A stretch of DNA of 64,000 nucleotides, taken from the NCBI GenBank assembly GCA_904063045.1, contig CAJFCJ010000007.1, positions 2,301,404 to 2,365,403 of the forward strand, read 5' to 3'. A model generated the notes under the pieces. The model was not told the DNA's origin and did not search any database. It saw nothing but the letters and a program-made list of their open reading frames with translations. The stretch's first letter is position 1; every line of letters starts with the position of its first letter. Of this stretch, positions 49,650 to 61,604 are shown one piece after another. Made by a program: the position numbers and the translations under genes. Source of the stretch: Dimorphilus gyrociliatus (taxonomy: Eukaryota > Animalia > Annelida).

Positions 49650-50759
49650 ATGAATCGTCAATTGGGCCTTCCCTCACCAACTTCCCCGAGCCCAAGCCCA
49701 TCGTCGTCTCCAAGGCCATTCAGAAAAAGAAGACAAATGATTGACTCAGATGACAGTGACGATAACCTTTGTCCTCCAAAATCACCATGCCAATCACCAA
49801 TTGTATCCCCATTGGGATCGCCTCGTTCAGCAAGCCCTGCCCCTGCATTCGACTTTTCTTGGCTTGGAGATAGCGTACTGCCGGCAGTAACCGTCTCTCC
49901 GCCGAATTGCGGAGCTGAAGCGATGGATATGTTTCCCGCCAATATAACTCGGTGCCGTCAAGATTCAGTTGACTCTGGAGGAACGTTTAGTACCAGGTCG
50001 CGAGAAAATTCTTTTGATAGTATTAGCACCTGGTATCGATCGCGAGAAGGATCATATGATTCAAGTTGGTATCGGTCTAGAGAAGGTTCCTGCGATAGCA
50101 ACGCTTCAAGGGACAGTGGTTTGGGCTGGAACTATCGGCTGCCTCCCGATCCCAGATCGCTTCATGCCTTTTTCGGCGTTGCAGCGGAACAGCGTCGGAA
50201 TTCAATGGATCTATTTGATGAACAGGCAGAAGAAAAGACACACTTGCAAATTGCTAGGAATAAGCTAGCGCTAGCCCTTCCCCAATGTACTACTGTTAGG
50301 TCGGAGAGGAGGCGGTCATCGTGTAAGGAAATTACATTAACGCTATTTCCTAGATGTATAGAGGAGGAAGATTGTCAACCTCTTTACGAAACAATTGAAT
50401 CTAAAAGACGTTTCAGTCTTGGTCAAACGTCTCCTGATCAGGGAACATCGCCTTCACCTAAATCTCCTGAGAGTCCTCGACCGCGTCATATGTTATCTAG
50501 ATCATTGAGCGCTGATACGGCTTCGACAACCTTGGCAGAAAAATGTCAAGAAGAAGGTTTGTACGATTCCCTACCGGATTTATCGAGGGCTACCATAAAA
50601 GATTTAACAAGACGAGCTCAGCGAAGAGGAGCTGTTTGCTATTCTGATCTCGACTCGGCCTTGACAAGTTTACGGCATCTCTCGGTTGACGAGCAAGATG
50701 ATATAGAAAATGACGATTTAGCCGAAGAAGAAGAAGAAGAAGAAGAGGGAAATACGTAG
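49650..50759 (+). CDS. Uncharacterised 369-aa Ser/Pro/Arg-rich disordered protein with internal 12-aa repeats, single coding exon
   Basis: Long open frame with raised GC. The repeats are conserved in amino acids but differ at synonymous positions. An upstream non-coding exon with donor AG|gtaagt lies near 49127. Confidence 0.75.
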   Translation: MNRQLGLPSPTSPSPSPSSSPRPFRKRRQMIDSDDSDDNLCPPKSPCQSPIVSPLGSPRSASPAPAFDFSWLGDSVLPAVTVSPPNCGAEAMDMFPANITRCRQDSVDSGGTFSTRSRENSFDSISTWYRSREGSYDSSWYRSREGSCDSNASRDSGLGWNYRLPPDPRSLHAFFGVAAEQRRNSMDLFDEQAEEKTHLQIARNKLALALPQCTTVRSERRRSSCKEITLTLFPRCIEEEDCQPLYETIESKRRFSLGQTSPDQGTSPSPKSPESPRPRHMLSRSLSADTASTTLAEKCQEEGLYDSLPDLSRATIKDLTRRAQRRGAVCYSDLDSALTSLRHLSVDEQDDIENDDLAEEEEEEEEGNT

Positions 50760-51695
50760 TTGTGCTGTGCAGCTTCATTTTTTTAATAAGATTTTCTTTT
50801 TCCTACCACTTGGCCAAAACCAAATCCTGCTCTTTTTTGCTTCCGAAGCGTTGCATTTGTACAATTGACGTTCCACGAGACAGCCTTATATACTGCTGGA
50901 TGAAAGACTTGAGGCAAACTTTTCTCACCTAATCTTTGAACGTTTTTCAATCCTGCACAAAAATTGACGTTGTATACGTTCGTCTATTTTTTTTCAATAC
51001 ATTGTATGTATTGTATTACACGAGCTGACAATATGCAACATAGCTTAAGTAGCAACAGTAGTAGTAGGCCTAACAATCTTTCAACAAGAATAATAGGAAT
51101 GGATATGGATCCGCCGGAAGCAAAAGACTATGAGCACTAGGAAAAGAATAAACCCTTGAAAAGTCAGCAACATGTGTTTGTCACGTGACGTGGACGTGCA
51201 AATACTCTAAAGTAAGAGGTTTGACTTCGCAGAAAATTTACAAAGTGCGCATGTGCGAAAGCTTGAATACAGTGTCCATGGCCTATATCTTTAAAGGCAT
51301 TATCTTTGCTACTCCAGAACGGATTATTCGCGCTTCCTTGAAATACTTTGTAATTAACTTATTTTCCATTTCCGCCTATTATTAAAGGTTTTCTCGAAAG
51401 ACTGTTTAATTGTGAAAAAGGAAGTAAACCACTATGGAAGAATACAAAATTTTCTATATTGAGAAATTGTATAACCTAGTTAGAAAAAAACCTACAACTA
51501 GCACATATAAGAATATTATACTATAGTGTTTGCAATTAAAATTATGTTCAAATAGTACTTGCGTTGGATTTTCATTGATAGAATGCATGTTAGGCTATCA
51601 GTTTTAAATGAGAGTTTTAGATATGTAATCATGGAGAAATTTCTTTTAATAATTGACTTTTGCTAGATACACATTGCAAATAAGAAAAAAGAAAC

Positions 51696-53204
51696 ATGGC
51701 CAGATTATTTGTGAACACGTTGAGGGCACAAGTACAATCGATTTCCAAGTACGCACGAAATGCGTAAGTACAATTTCTATCTGTAATTCATTCTTTTTGT
51801 TTTTTTTGTGTTATATACCTCGTTCATCTTTCTTTCCAAAAATTTTTTAGATCATCTCTGATTGGAAGGGATTTCTTGACCCTTAAAGATTATGAAAAGG
51901 ACGAAATAGAAACTTTACTATGGACTGCAAAAGATCTTAAATGTCGCTTAGGGAATGGAGAAATTTACGAACCTTTGAAGGGAAAGGTAGCTTCTCTTAT
52001 CTTCCAGAAACGTAGTACTAGAACTAGGCTATCGTCGGAAACAGGTGTCTACTTTCACATAATTTATATTACTTTCACTTTTCTATCTAATAGGATTATT
52101 TTAATTTTTTTTAGCTTTTTCCCTTCTCGGTGGAAAAGCATGCTTTCTAAGTCCTGATGATATTCATTTAGGGGTCAATGAGACAATTCGCGATAGCGCC
52201 GTGTAAGTGTCAGAACTACTCACCTATATGACTTTATCCTCGAGTCTTTCTTCCTTTCTACAGAGTACTTTCACGCTTTTCCGATGTTATATTAGCAAGG
52301 GTTTACGGTCAGAAAGTGTTGGATGACTTGGCCAATTTTGCTGACAGACCAATAGTAAGCGGATTAAGCGACACATATCATCCTTTGCAGGCCTTGGCCG
52401 ATATATTAACATTACAAGAGCACTTTGGTTATGTCAAAGGGTTGAAATGTGCGTGGGTAGGAGATGGTAATAATATTATTCATTCCCTAATTTTGGGAGG
52501 TTTACCTCTTGGAATGGAATTTAGAGTGGCGACTCCGTCAGGATACGAATGCTTTGATCACGTTATCAAAGATGCAAAAAACTTGGCTGAGAAACACCAA
52601 GCTACATTAACTTTTACGAACAATCCGTTCGAAGCAGTCAGCGGAGCGGATGTAGTAGTAACCGATACGTGGATAAGTATGGGGCAAGAGGATGAGAAAG
52701 AAGCAAGGCTCAAGGCATTCGCCGATTATAGAGTCACGAAGAAAGTAGGCCTTTTTAAATAGTTACAATCTTGCACATAGATATATACTGTATATATATA
52801 ATGTGCATACATAATTACATATGCATATATACTGTATATTTATATATGTTTTAATGTACAATTGATAAGTATATATATAAATATACTGTATAAAGATTTT
52901 CAGTACATTTGTAAACTATATATATATATATATATTTTTCCTTTTAGTTGATGTCTAATGCTTCTAAGGAAGCAGTTTTCTTACATTGCCTCCCGAGGAA
53001 ACAAGAGGAAGTAGACGATGAAGTATTTTACGATCCAGCGCGTTCACTCGTATGGGAGGAAGCGGAAAATCGAAAGTGGACTGTAATGGTAACGTTAACC
53101 CGCTTTTATAAGATTCCATCGATTTTCGCCTTTCTTTTTTTCAGTCTGTTTTTCTTCATTTATTGGCCAACCATCGTCCTCTAATCAACAAACCGAAATT
53201 CTAA
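51696..53204 (+). CDS. OTC: Ornithine transcarbamylase, mitochondrial
   Basis: Presequence [14 protein letters not shown]; [56 protein letters not shown]; C-terminal KPKF. Confidence 0.98.
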
Positions 53205-53354
53205 TTAGACTCTCTTATTACTTTGTTCAAGATTGAAAGATAATAAACATCCTTGACAGAATAAATTTGTTCCCCTTCCCCCCTCCTTTAATATTGGTTT
53301 TATTTCATAATCTTTGTGTTTATTGAATTTTTTTTTTGTAAGTTTCCTAGTTTA

Positions 53355-53900
53355 TTAATTATCTGTCGGTGATTTCGCTTGTCGTAAACTACTCTCGAGA
53401 GGATTAGTTTTTGATGCCTTAGATTTAGGTAAGTCGGGTAGGCAATAAAGATTTTCTTCACTTTGAGGTGGTTTGCTTAAGTCACGTTGACCAACTGGTA
53501 AATGACCTATTAGGAATGTTTTCTTCTGACTATTCATTAAGTCGTCCAAATGTCTTTTCAATATGTATAATTGACAGATCCATAGCCATATGACTAAGAG
53601 AACGATTACAACAAGTATACAGGCCGAAATTTGCACAGTTAATTCTCCATTATTGCAGCATCCTACTTTATTCACACAGCAATTGTCTTTCATCAAGGTT
53701 GATCCGCTACAAACCGCAAATTTATATTTCACTTCATCTGCGTATTGCTGATAGTCCTGATACAAATGCTCTTTATCCCCAAAATTTTTAATAGATCCAT
53801 AAATGACATCTACGAATTGTTCCTTAGTTTTATTAACAGAATATACGCAAGTTCTTTGATATTTGTTTCGAATAAGTGGTATCCATATTTCGTTGGCCAT
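53355..53900 (-). CDS. Uncharacterised 181-aa single-pass membrane protein with Cys cluster
   Basis: C...CC....CC cluster directly before a hydrophobic helix (ISACILVVIVLLVIWLWIC), followed by a polar tail. Confidence 0.65.
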   Translation of the reverse strand: MANEIWIPLIRNKYQRTCVYSVNKTKEQFVDVIYGSIKNFGDKEHLYQDYQQYADEVKYKFAVCSGSTLMKDNCCVNKVGCCNNGELTVQISACILVVIVLLVIWLWICQLYILKRHLDDLMNSQKKTFLIGHLPVGQRDLSKPPQSEENLYCLPDLPKSKASKTNPLESSLRQAKSPTDN

Positions 53901-54045
53901 ATGTGATTATTGTAAAAAAAAGTAATTAATAATGATATATTGTTTACAAGGTTTTTGAAAAATTGAATTCGACAAAAATTTATTACGACATATATACCGT
54001 CTATATATATATATTTATTTATTTATATATATTTGTATATAAATC

Positions 54046-55891
54046 CTAATCGAAATAGTCTTCTATATCAATGTTAGGATTTAATAAATCGTCACCTAGA
54101 CTCGACAGGTCCGTGCCATTTAAAATAAGATTCTCACACATTTCTTCCAAATCTGTTTCTCCAACTAGTATAGCTCCTTGCATTCTACCATCTTTCAATA
54201 TAACTTTTACGTATTCCTCTCCTTTTGTAAGTCTTATTAATGCTTCGTATTCGCTTTTCAGTAGACCTTGTCCATTAAATTTACCTAAGAGAATAACTTT
54301 ATATCCGAAGAAACGCGTTGAATGAGCAAAACATTCAAAACAGAAATCGAGACTTATAGATTCAAAGTCATCTTGAGATTTGGCTAACATACATTTTGCA
54401 GCATAATGACCAGTTTGCCTTGCTTGAGTCCATAATCGCATATGGATCCATTGATCAGAAAACTTCCAATCGGGATAAATCACATCTCCAGCAGCGAATA
54501 CATCTTTCACACCAGTTTCAAGTTTGTCTGTTACTTTGACTCCTCCATCACTCGCGTATTTGACAGCATCGGTAGTTGAAAATAAAGAAGTATTAGGTTC
54601 TACGCCAGTTGCGCTAACAATAAAGTCTACTTTATATTCTTTACCATTAGTTAAGCGCACTTTGATGTTGAATTCACTTTCGTCGTCAGTATTTTCAATT
54701 ATATTATCAATTTCAACGCTATATTCTATTTGAACAACATGCTTTTTATCTTGCTTATCAATTAACTCTAAACCCGAAGCCCAATCCGGTCCTAAAGCAC
54801 CCCCAAAGATGTTTGAGTCATTCGCGTCACGTGTTCCTTCTATAAAATGAAAAAGTAAAATTAATATATGCGACGTGGTATATTGTATTCTGCTTTTATC
54901 AGACCTAAACCATATTTTAATCGTTTGCAAATCGTTGCGCCTTCCTCATCTTTATTCTGTCGTTGATTTTCATTTAGTAGAGTTGGAAGGAAAAATTGGG
55001 CAGCACCAGCATCAACAAAAGTAGAAGTGATGGATGAATCTTTAATGGCCCAGATTACATCGCAACCTTTCAATTCGTAACTGTTAATATTAATAATGAA
55101 ATATATATATATATTAGTATATACAGTATATACTGTATGTAGATAATAAACAAAAATTATTACGCAAGTTCGGTTGCTATGCCACCATTTCCTACGATTA
55201 GTACTTTTCTAGCTGATTTCAGTTTCTTCTGAAATATCTGTAATAGATACCATAGAATTACAATTAGTAAATTGTGCCTACAGATAAGTTTATTTAACTC
55301 ACTTGTACTGTTTCAACATCCCTTATTCCAATAACATAAGGATTATTTTCAGCTATTAACTAATATGGAACAATTTAATCACATGTTAAACTTCTCTAAA
55401 GTAAACAGACCTTAGGTTTCCCTCCAGTACAAATACAAAGATATTCATATTTAAATTTTTTACGTTTCGTGCTTATAATCTATATTAATCAGAATTTTTT
55501 TATAGAATATTATCAACTGATATATCATAAAATGAATTTATACTACTTTATTGTCAAAATCAATATTGTCGACAACTTCTTGATGAACTGTCACATTTTT
55601 ACACGTTTGTTCTAATTCCAACGCTTTTTTTTCAGTAACATCGAATTCTTCTATGACTTTTGAGATTTGTTTAAAGTTTTGTATAACTTTAACTAGAGGT
55701 GACGCTGTCAAAAGCAGAATTCTATCGTCATTCGATGTTTCGAGCTTAACGTGGGTTTTTTTTCAACAAAAAGAGAGAAAGAAAATTTAATATATTTAGT
55801 CTTTGAGCATTAGCTTACTTACAGTTTCAACACAAGTCACTCCTGCAATGCCACCGCCTATTACAACGAATTTGTAATGTTCTTTGCTCAT
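54046..55891 (-). CDS. PYROXD1: Pyridine nucleotide-disulfide oxidoreductase domain-containing protein 1
   Basis: VVIGGGIAGVTC, IVGNGGIATEL, ALGPDW, SATGVEPN, MRLWTQARQ, FAHSTRFFGYKV; C-terminal PNIDIEDYFD. Confidence 0.97.
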
Positions 55892-56561
55892 TTGCTTACT
55901 AACAAAAAAAAATGAGGCATTAACGATAATATGTGAAAATTCATCTTTCCCTGCCCTTTACTTACTAATATTCAAATAATAAATGTAGACTATTGACCTA
56001 GTTGTTTATGAAAGCAGTCGATGATTGTTAATAAATCAGAAATAGATTATCTTAAGGAGTTAATTTGTGCAAATTATTGAGAAATTTTGCTCTGGTTCCT
56101 AATTTCGTGCGTAACGTTTTAACGAATTGCGAAATAGATAATTTATACATAAAGTTTTGTTTTTCTGATATTGTTGCAGATATCTTCTCTACATGCATGC
56201 AAATTAGGCCTATTAATATAAGTGTTTCTATATTTTTTGTTTAGTTAGTTGCTATTGATGAATTACTTTTGAATTATTATGAAATGTGACTAATAATAAT
56301 AAAGTAAATATTAGCGCTACGATCCTTTGAAATATTTATAGATATTTGTCTGCTTTTATCTTATAAAATTATGACTCATTCAGTGTGTATCTTAGAATAT
56401 TTATTGTTCAAATAAAGCAATAAAATCAAAACAACCGCTTTTCGTGGAAGAAGCTTTATGAATATTTATAATTATCGAGCGCTATAACTCATTGGTTGTT
56501 CAAAACAGTTTTTTAGACTTGAAAAAGCCTTAGCAGAAAAAAATGTTTACTTGGAAACAAA

Positions 56562-57967
56562 ATGGCTCTTGCGTTACCTTTGGAAACTGATGTAGATGAC
56601 GATACATCTCTCGATATAACAGCAAACCTAGAGAGTTTACAATTTGAAAGTGGATTGTCAGAAATTGAAAAAAGATATTTGAACATTAGAACTCGATCTC
56701 ATGCTCTAACAGTATATGCATGCGCTCAGGCAACTTATTTCGTCTCAATTCTCAACGAGGCTAGGTTATTATTGTTACAATTCAACTAAATGAAGAAAAA
56801 CAATCTTACTAATTTTACAGGCATATTGTATCGTTTATGAAACAAGAGAAGAGACGAGCTAGCCTAAAAATTCTGAACGATTCAAAGTTTTTAAATGCGT
56901 TAAAAATTGGAATAATAGGTTGTGGTCGAATAGGAAGTCAACTAGCCAGTTGTTTATTAAGTTTTGGTGAAGTAAGTCCTGCAGAACTAAAAATAGCAAC
57001 AAGACGACCAGAAACATTAAGTAAATGATGTTTACTAGTAAAACAGTACGAAAACAAAATATATTGTTTCTTTCTCTCTCTTATAATTATAGGTGATTTA
57101 GAAAAGAGAGGTGTCTATTGCACAGATCAATGCGAAGAAGTAGCCAGCTCATCTCACCTAATCTTTTTGTGCATTCTTCCTAATCAATTGCCCCTGGTCG
57201 CTGAATCAATAAGAAATAAAATATCTCCTCATTGTTATATTTATAGTTTAGTTTCTGCAACGCCTGCAAAAAAAGTCCAAACAATCCTAAATCACGACCT
57301 TATTATACATCCAATTTACGAATTTCACAATCACACTGAAGATATTAGCGATTGGAATGTAGCTAAAGATGTTCTAGGATCATTTAGTAATATGAGAATG
57401 CTAACTCAAACTTGTCCAACGCCGGCTGGAGAAGGTAAGAGAACAAATCTAGTATTTATTATTGAAAAAAATACAATTAATTCTCTTAACGAATCAATTA
57501 GTTGGAGTGATAAAAAGTTCGGAGAAGATAATGGAAGTTTTCATCTATTCGCTTATAAATATGTGCACGCAATTAGGAGTAAATAGGAATCAGACTGTTG
57601 ATATATTAAACGCTGTTGTTTTGGGAAATGATGGTAAAACTCAAGTTAATGAATTGATTACGGAAAACAATATTATCAGAGCCGCGGCGATTAATATGGA
57701 CGAAACGTAATAAATATCTAAAATTTTAAAATCAATATTTATAACACACCACCTTTCATTTATAGAAATTTTCCGATATTTAATCTACTAGATGTAGCAA
57801 CGAGACCAGCTGTTCCAGTTACAAAATTTCTAAGAAAATCTCATGTTCAATCCTCAATTAAAAACAGATATTGTCTAATATTTGATCAGTATTTAGACTG
57901 GAAGAAACAGCTCATTAAACAAAACTCGAATGATCCAGCTAAAAAGTTTGCTTTAACTTTTGCCTAA
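56562..57967 (+). CDS. NOXRED1: NADP-dependent oxidoreductase domain-containing protein 1 (P5C reductase-like)
   Basis: NLESLQFE...RSHALTVYACAQATYF; Rossmann KIGIIGCGRIG; LCILPNQLP; multi-exon. Confidence 0.85.
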
Positions 57968-58123
57968 ATAATTCCTTTTTGAAAAGACTTTCATTAACTT
58001 TATTTGAATAATTTATGCATAAACTTTAATTCATAAAATTTATCATAAAAAGAAAACTATTCCTTAAATCAACAAGTATTATAATGTTCATTAATACGGC
58101 AAAGAGAAATAAGTAAGATAGCA

Positions 58124-58150
58124 TATACTGTTTATACTGTCTATACTGTA
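58124..58150. repeat. Tandem 3x TATACTGTN 9-mer
   Basis: TATACTGTT TATACTGTC TATACTGTA. The same motif also occurs at 52784, 52828, 52882 and as a palindrome at 55121-55138. Confidence 0.85.
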
Positions 58151-58329
58151 TATTAGTATAATATATAAAAATTCAATGTAACCGTGCAATAACAACCAAC
58201 TTGAAATTTTACTAGCTTGAAACAGGAAAAGTTTCGACTAAAACACATTTATTTACGTGATTATAGGCGAAATAACAACAAAAAAAAAAAAACAACAGTT
58301 AAGTATAGAGCAAAAAGTAGCGTGTATTT

Positions 58330-60494
58330 TTAAATCTTATTTTCGAGATCAACAAACTCCAACGACGAATCGGTTTTGGAATCTTCGTGTTTAGTGACTG
58401 GGTATAACAGGGGATTTTCTTGAGAATTATCAAATTCTAATGAATGATCTGGTAATTCTGTCATTAATGTATTTGTTTGAAGATGATCGTCACTTTCCAA
58501 AGAATTCCCTTCAACGGATAAATCGTTTGAAACATTTGCAACAAAAATTTCTTTTGGTAAGGATTTGAACATGATTTGAGCTAATTCTTCTTTTGAAACG
58601 CTCTTTGTTGTGCCAGTAGGATAGCGCATTTCAACTTTTGTTATGGAATGTGATTCATCGGCTGAAAATAAAGCATGAATAAATCATATTAATAATAGTC
58701 TTTTCTCCAATAAAAGATTTCAAATATTTATTGTTACCTAGGGGTTTTTCCTCATTTTTACTAAAAGTTACATAAAAAGTTCTAGGCTTCTGCTTAGAAT
58801 GCTTACTTAGCTTCTGATGTGATAGACTTTTACTATTCCTCAAGGCCTCGACTGTAACCTAGAAAGACAAGGAGAATAAAAAAAAGGCTGTTAAGAGATG
58901 TTTAATAATCTTATCAAAAAAAAAAGATAGATGTGTGTACATATGACTAACATTATCTGCTAATTTTAGCGATCCCTTTTCAGCGTCCTCTATGGCCATT
59001 TGAATTTGATTTTGCAAATCATGCACTGTTGGAAAAATGCTTAAATCGTGTTTTTCCACACGGGGAGAGGCAGATAATAGTTTTAAATTTCTTTCGGCGT
59101 AAATACGTAGACGAGATCTAATTTCATATAATTGCGTCTGTCCGCTGGCAACGTACTCTCTTATCTTCTTCCGAATTAACGGATGTAAACGACCTTTTAA
59201 AGGTTTTATTATTGTATCTGTTTCGCTGTCAGCATCTCCCATATCCGTATTTTCTCTATTAAGCAAATCCATCTCTGATTGGTCATTAGCAGAGATGTCT
59301 GAAAAAGTCGATCTGATCGATTTTGATGAATTGTTGAGCGAATGAAATTCGTGAGCTTCCTCTGCGGGTAGATGAACGTAGTGCCTTTCTTCTCCGCTAA
59401 CCCGGTTATCTTGTAATGCTTGCTTTAATTCTCTGAAACTTTTATCCATTTCCTCCTTTAAAGCTTTACGATCATCGCAAATATTCACGCGGAAAGTAGG
59501 AAACTTTTTGACTTTTTTTATATAAATTCTGGCTGGGCAAGTAGCCTTGAAATCTTCATTTTTTGTTTTAGAATCGGTACCGCTTCTTCTGACAGCTCCT
59601 CTCCTTCTTGGGCCATGTTGGCATTCTTGGACCACTGCCCTAGAGCCAGTATTTACGAATGGAATGCCATCGAAGGGAACATATTGACTTTTCCACATAA
59701 GGCGAGTGGCATTTTTTCCAGGGCAAGAGGACTGTCTCGTACCCCAAACGGACATTGTTGTTTGTTTATGCATTGTCAAAACCTGAAATGTTATTGAAAA
59801 CGTTATTATAGATAAAAAGCAATGGAATCTATAATTTTACTATATCGAGTTCAGCTTCTGTCCGAACCCAACCTCTATAACTAGTTCCAACTTTTTCGCA
59901 ATCTCTTAATTTCGCCGCCCAAGCAGGAGTACCAGGAGGTAGCGGTTTTGGTTGTTCGGGAAAGGTTAGGTATTTCTCAATACTAAAAGCCTCTTCATTC
60001 TCACCTTTTACGAAGGAAAAACAATGGAATTGATAATTTACTAGTATTTACAATAACAATTTTAAAAGCCAACCGTTTTCGTTTGTAACGCTATCTTTTA
60101 GAATTAAAAATTGATGACCATTGATTACTTCAACCCCATCAACTGCGTCTAACGTTACAGCTGTGACTTTGCCATCAGAATTGAAGGTAACTATTTGCAG
60201 TTCCTCGCTCGAAGCATTCTCAGTCTTTAGATCTTCAACGTTAATAACCGGCATTACTGGTTGGATTTGGACGTTTTCTGCAAGGATTTTCATTGAAGGA
60301 TTTAAGTGGTTAAATATACTAATAGTTTAAGAATAGAAACGAATAACTTAAAAAATTAATTATTGACTGACTGATCTATAACATATAACTAAAATATTAC
60401 CAGTGCCTGATTGCAACGGCTGCATCATTGTAACACAAGGGGATTCCAATTCGGACTCGAGTATTATTGATTCGGGTGCTGATTTTTGTTCCAT
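58330..60494 (-). CDS. CARF: Calcium-responsive transcription factor
   Basis: WKSQYVPFDGIPFVNTGSRAVVQECQHGPRR and KATCPARIYIKKV match the recalled CaRF DNA-binding region. Confidence 0.92.
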
Positions 60495-60906
60495 ATCTAT
60501 GATTATTGAAACATATTCAATTAATAATAAACGCGCCAAAATATCCCAAAACAGAAAGTAGCACCGAAAAAGAGGCACAAACCTCGAAATCGTTAGAGCA
60601 ATATGGCGGCCAATCTAGGGAAACTTTCGCCTGACTGTAGAAAAATGCAAGCAAAGGCAATGCTATTTTATTTTGTTATGGCTAAAAAAGAAATAATTTC
60701 GGTAATTAATAGCTATAGACCTTTTCATGACTAATTTATTGCATGAAATAATTCTTTTGACTAAAAATTTAAATCTGTAAAAATTATATCGCTAATTGAA
60801 GAATAAAAATTCTCATTAATTTTATGTTATACATAGAAAATGTAACATCATTTAAAACAAGATGAAAATGCTTTTTTACGAAGGCATGTGTGTACTCATG
60901 TAGTGA

Positions 60907-60944
60907 TGCGCATGCGCATTTAGTAACGTAGGTTATCACGCCAC
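60907..60944. promoter_or_regulatory. NRF1 palindrome plus sterol regulatory element upstream of ACC
   Basis: TGCGCATGCGCA at 60907-60918; ATCACGCCAC (SRE consensus ATCACNCCAC) at 60935-60944. Confidence 0.65.
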
Positions 60945-61604
60945 CGGGAAAATTTGCATAGAAATACCGTGGCGGTCCATTTAAGTAACCGCGTGTTAGA
61001 GGTATTGCATCGAATGCGTTAGTACATGGTCTCTAATCAATATGGGTATGTATTGTTTCACTCTCGTAGGCTGTCAGATGATTCTAGTCACTATATATGA
61101 ATAATTATTCTACAAAGCCTCTCTTAAAGGGTGATTTTGTAAACACCCTCCTAGAGATCGGTGCACGTGTGAAAAAGTTTTATGATTGTTTCAAACATAT
61201 CATAACTTTCTTTTATCTGATTACTTTTGGGAATAATTTGCGGAAAATTACGGATCTTAATTCATCAAAAAACGGTGATAATTTTTCAATATTTCGATTT
61301 AGATCAATTCGATCTAATTTTGTTTTTTGCGTCTTAAAATTTTCATTTATCAATATTTAGACAAATTTCGCTGATTGTGGCGTATTCTCATCATTTTTCC
61401 TATGTAATTACGTCTGAAATGTTTTAGCACGTTTTTAACCCAAAACGAATATATCTTAGGCCTATTTATCTATAAGTGTCAGGTCAGAGTTTGATCAGCT
61501 GATTACCATCGCGTGTCCATTATAAATTAAAGGGATAACTTATTTTATTAAATTGTTTTATAAGAAAAACATTTTAAGATTTTCATTCAAAAGCAGACAG
61601 TGAA

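Noticed and set aside
51033-51140. 35-aa sORF (MQHSLSS...DYEH)
   Set aside because: No homology cue or splice support; a length expected by chance.
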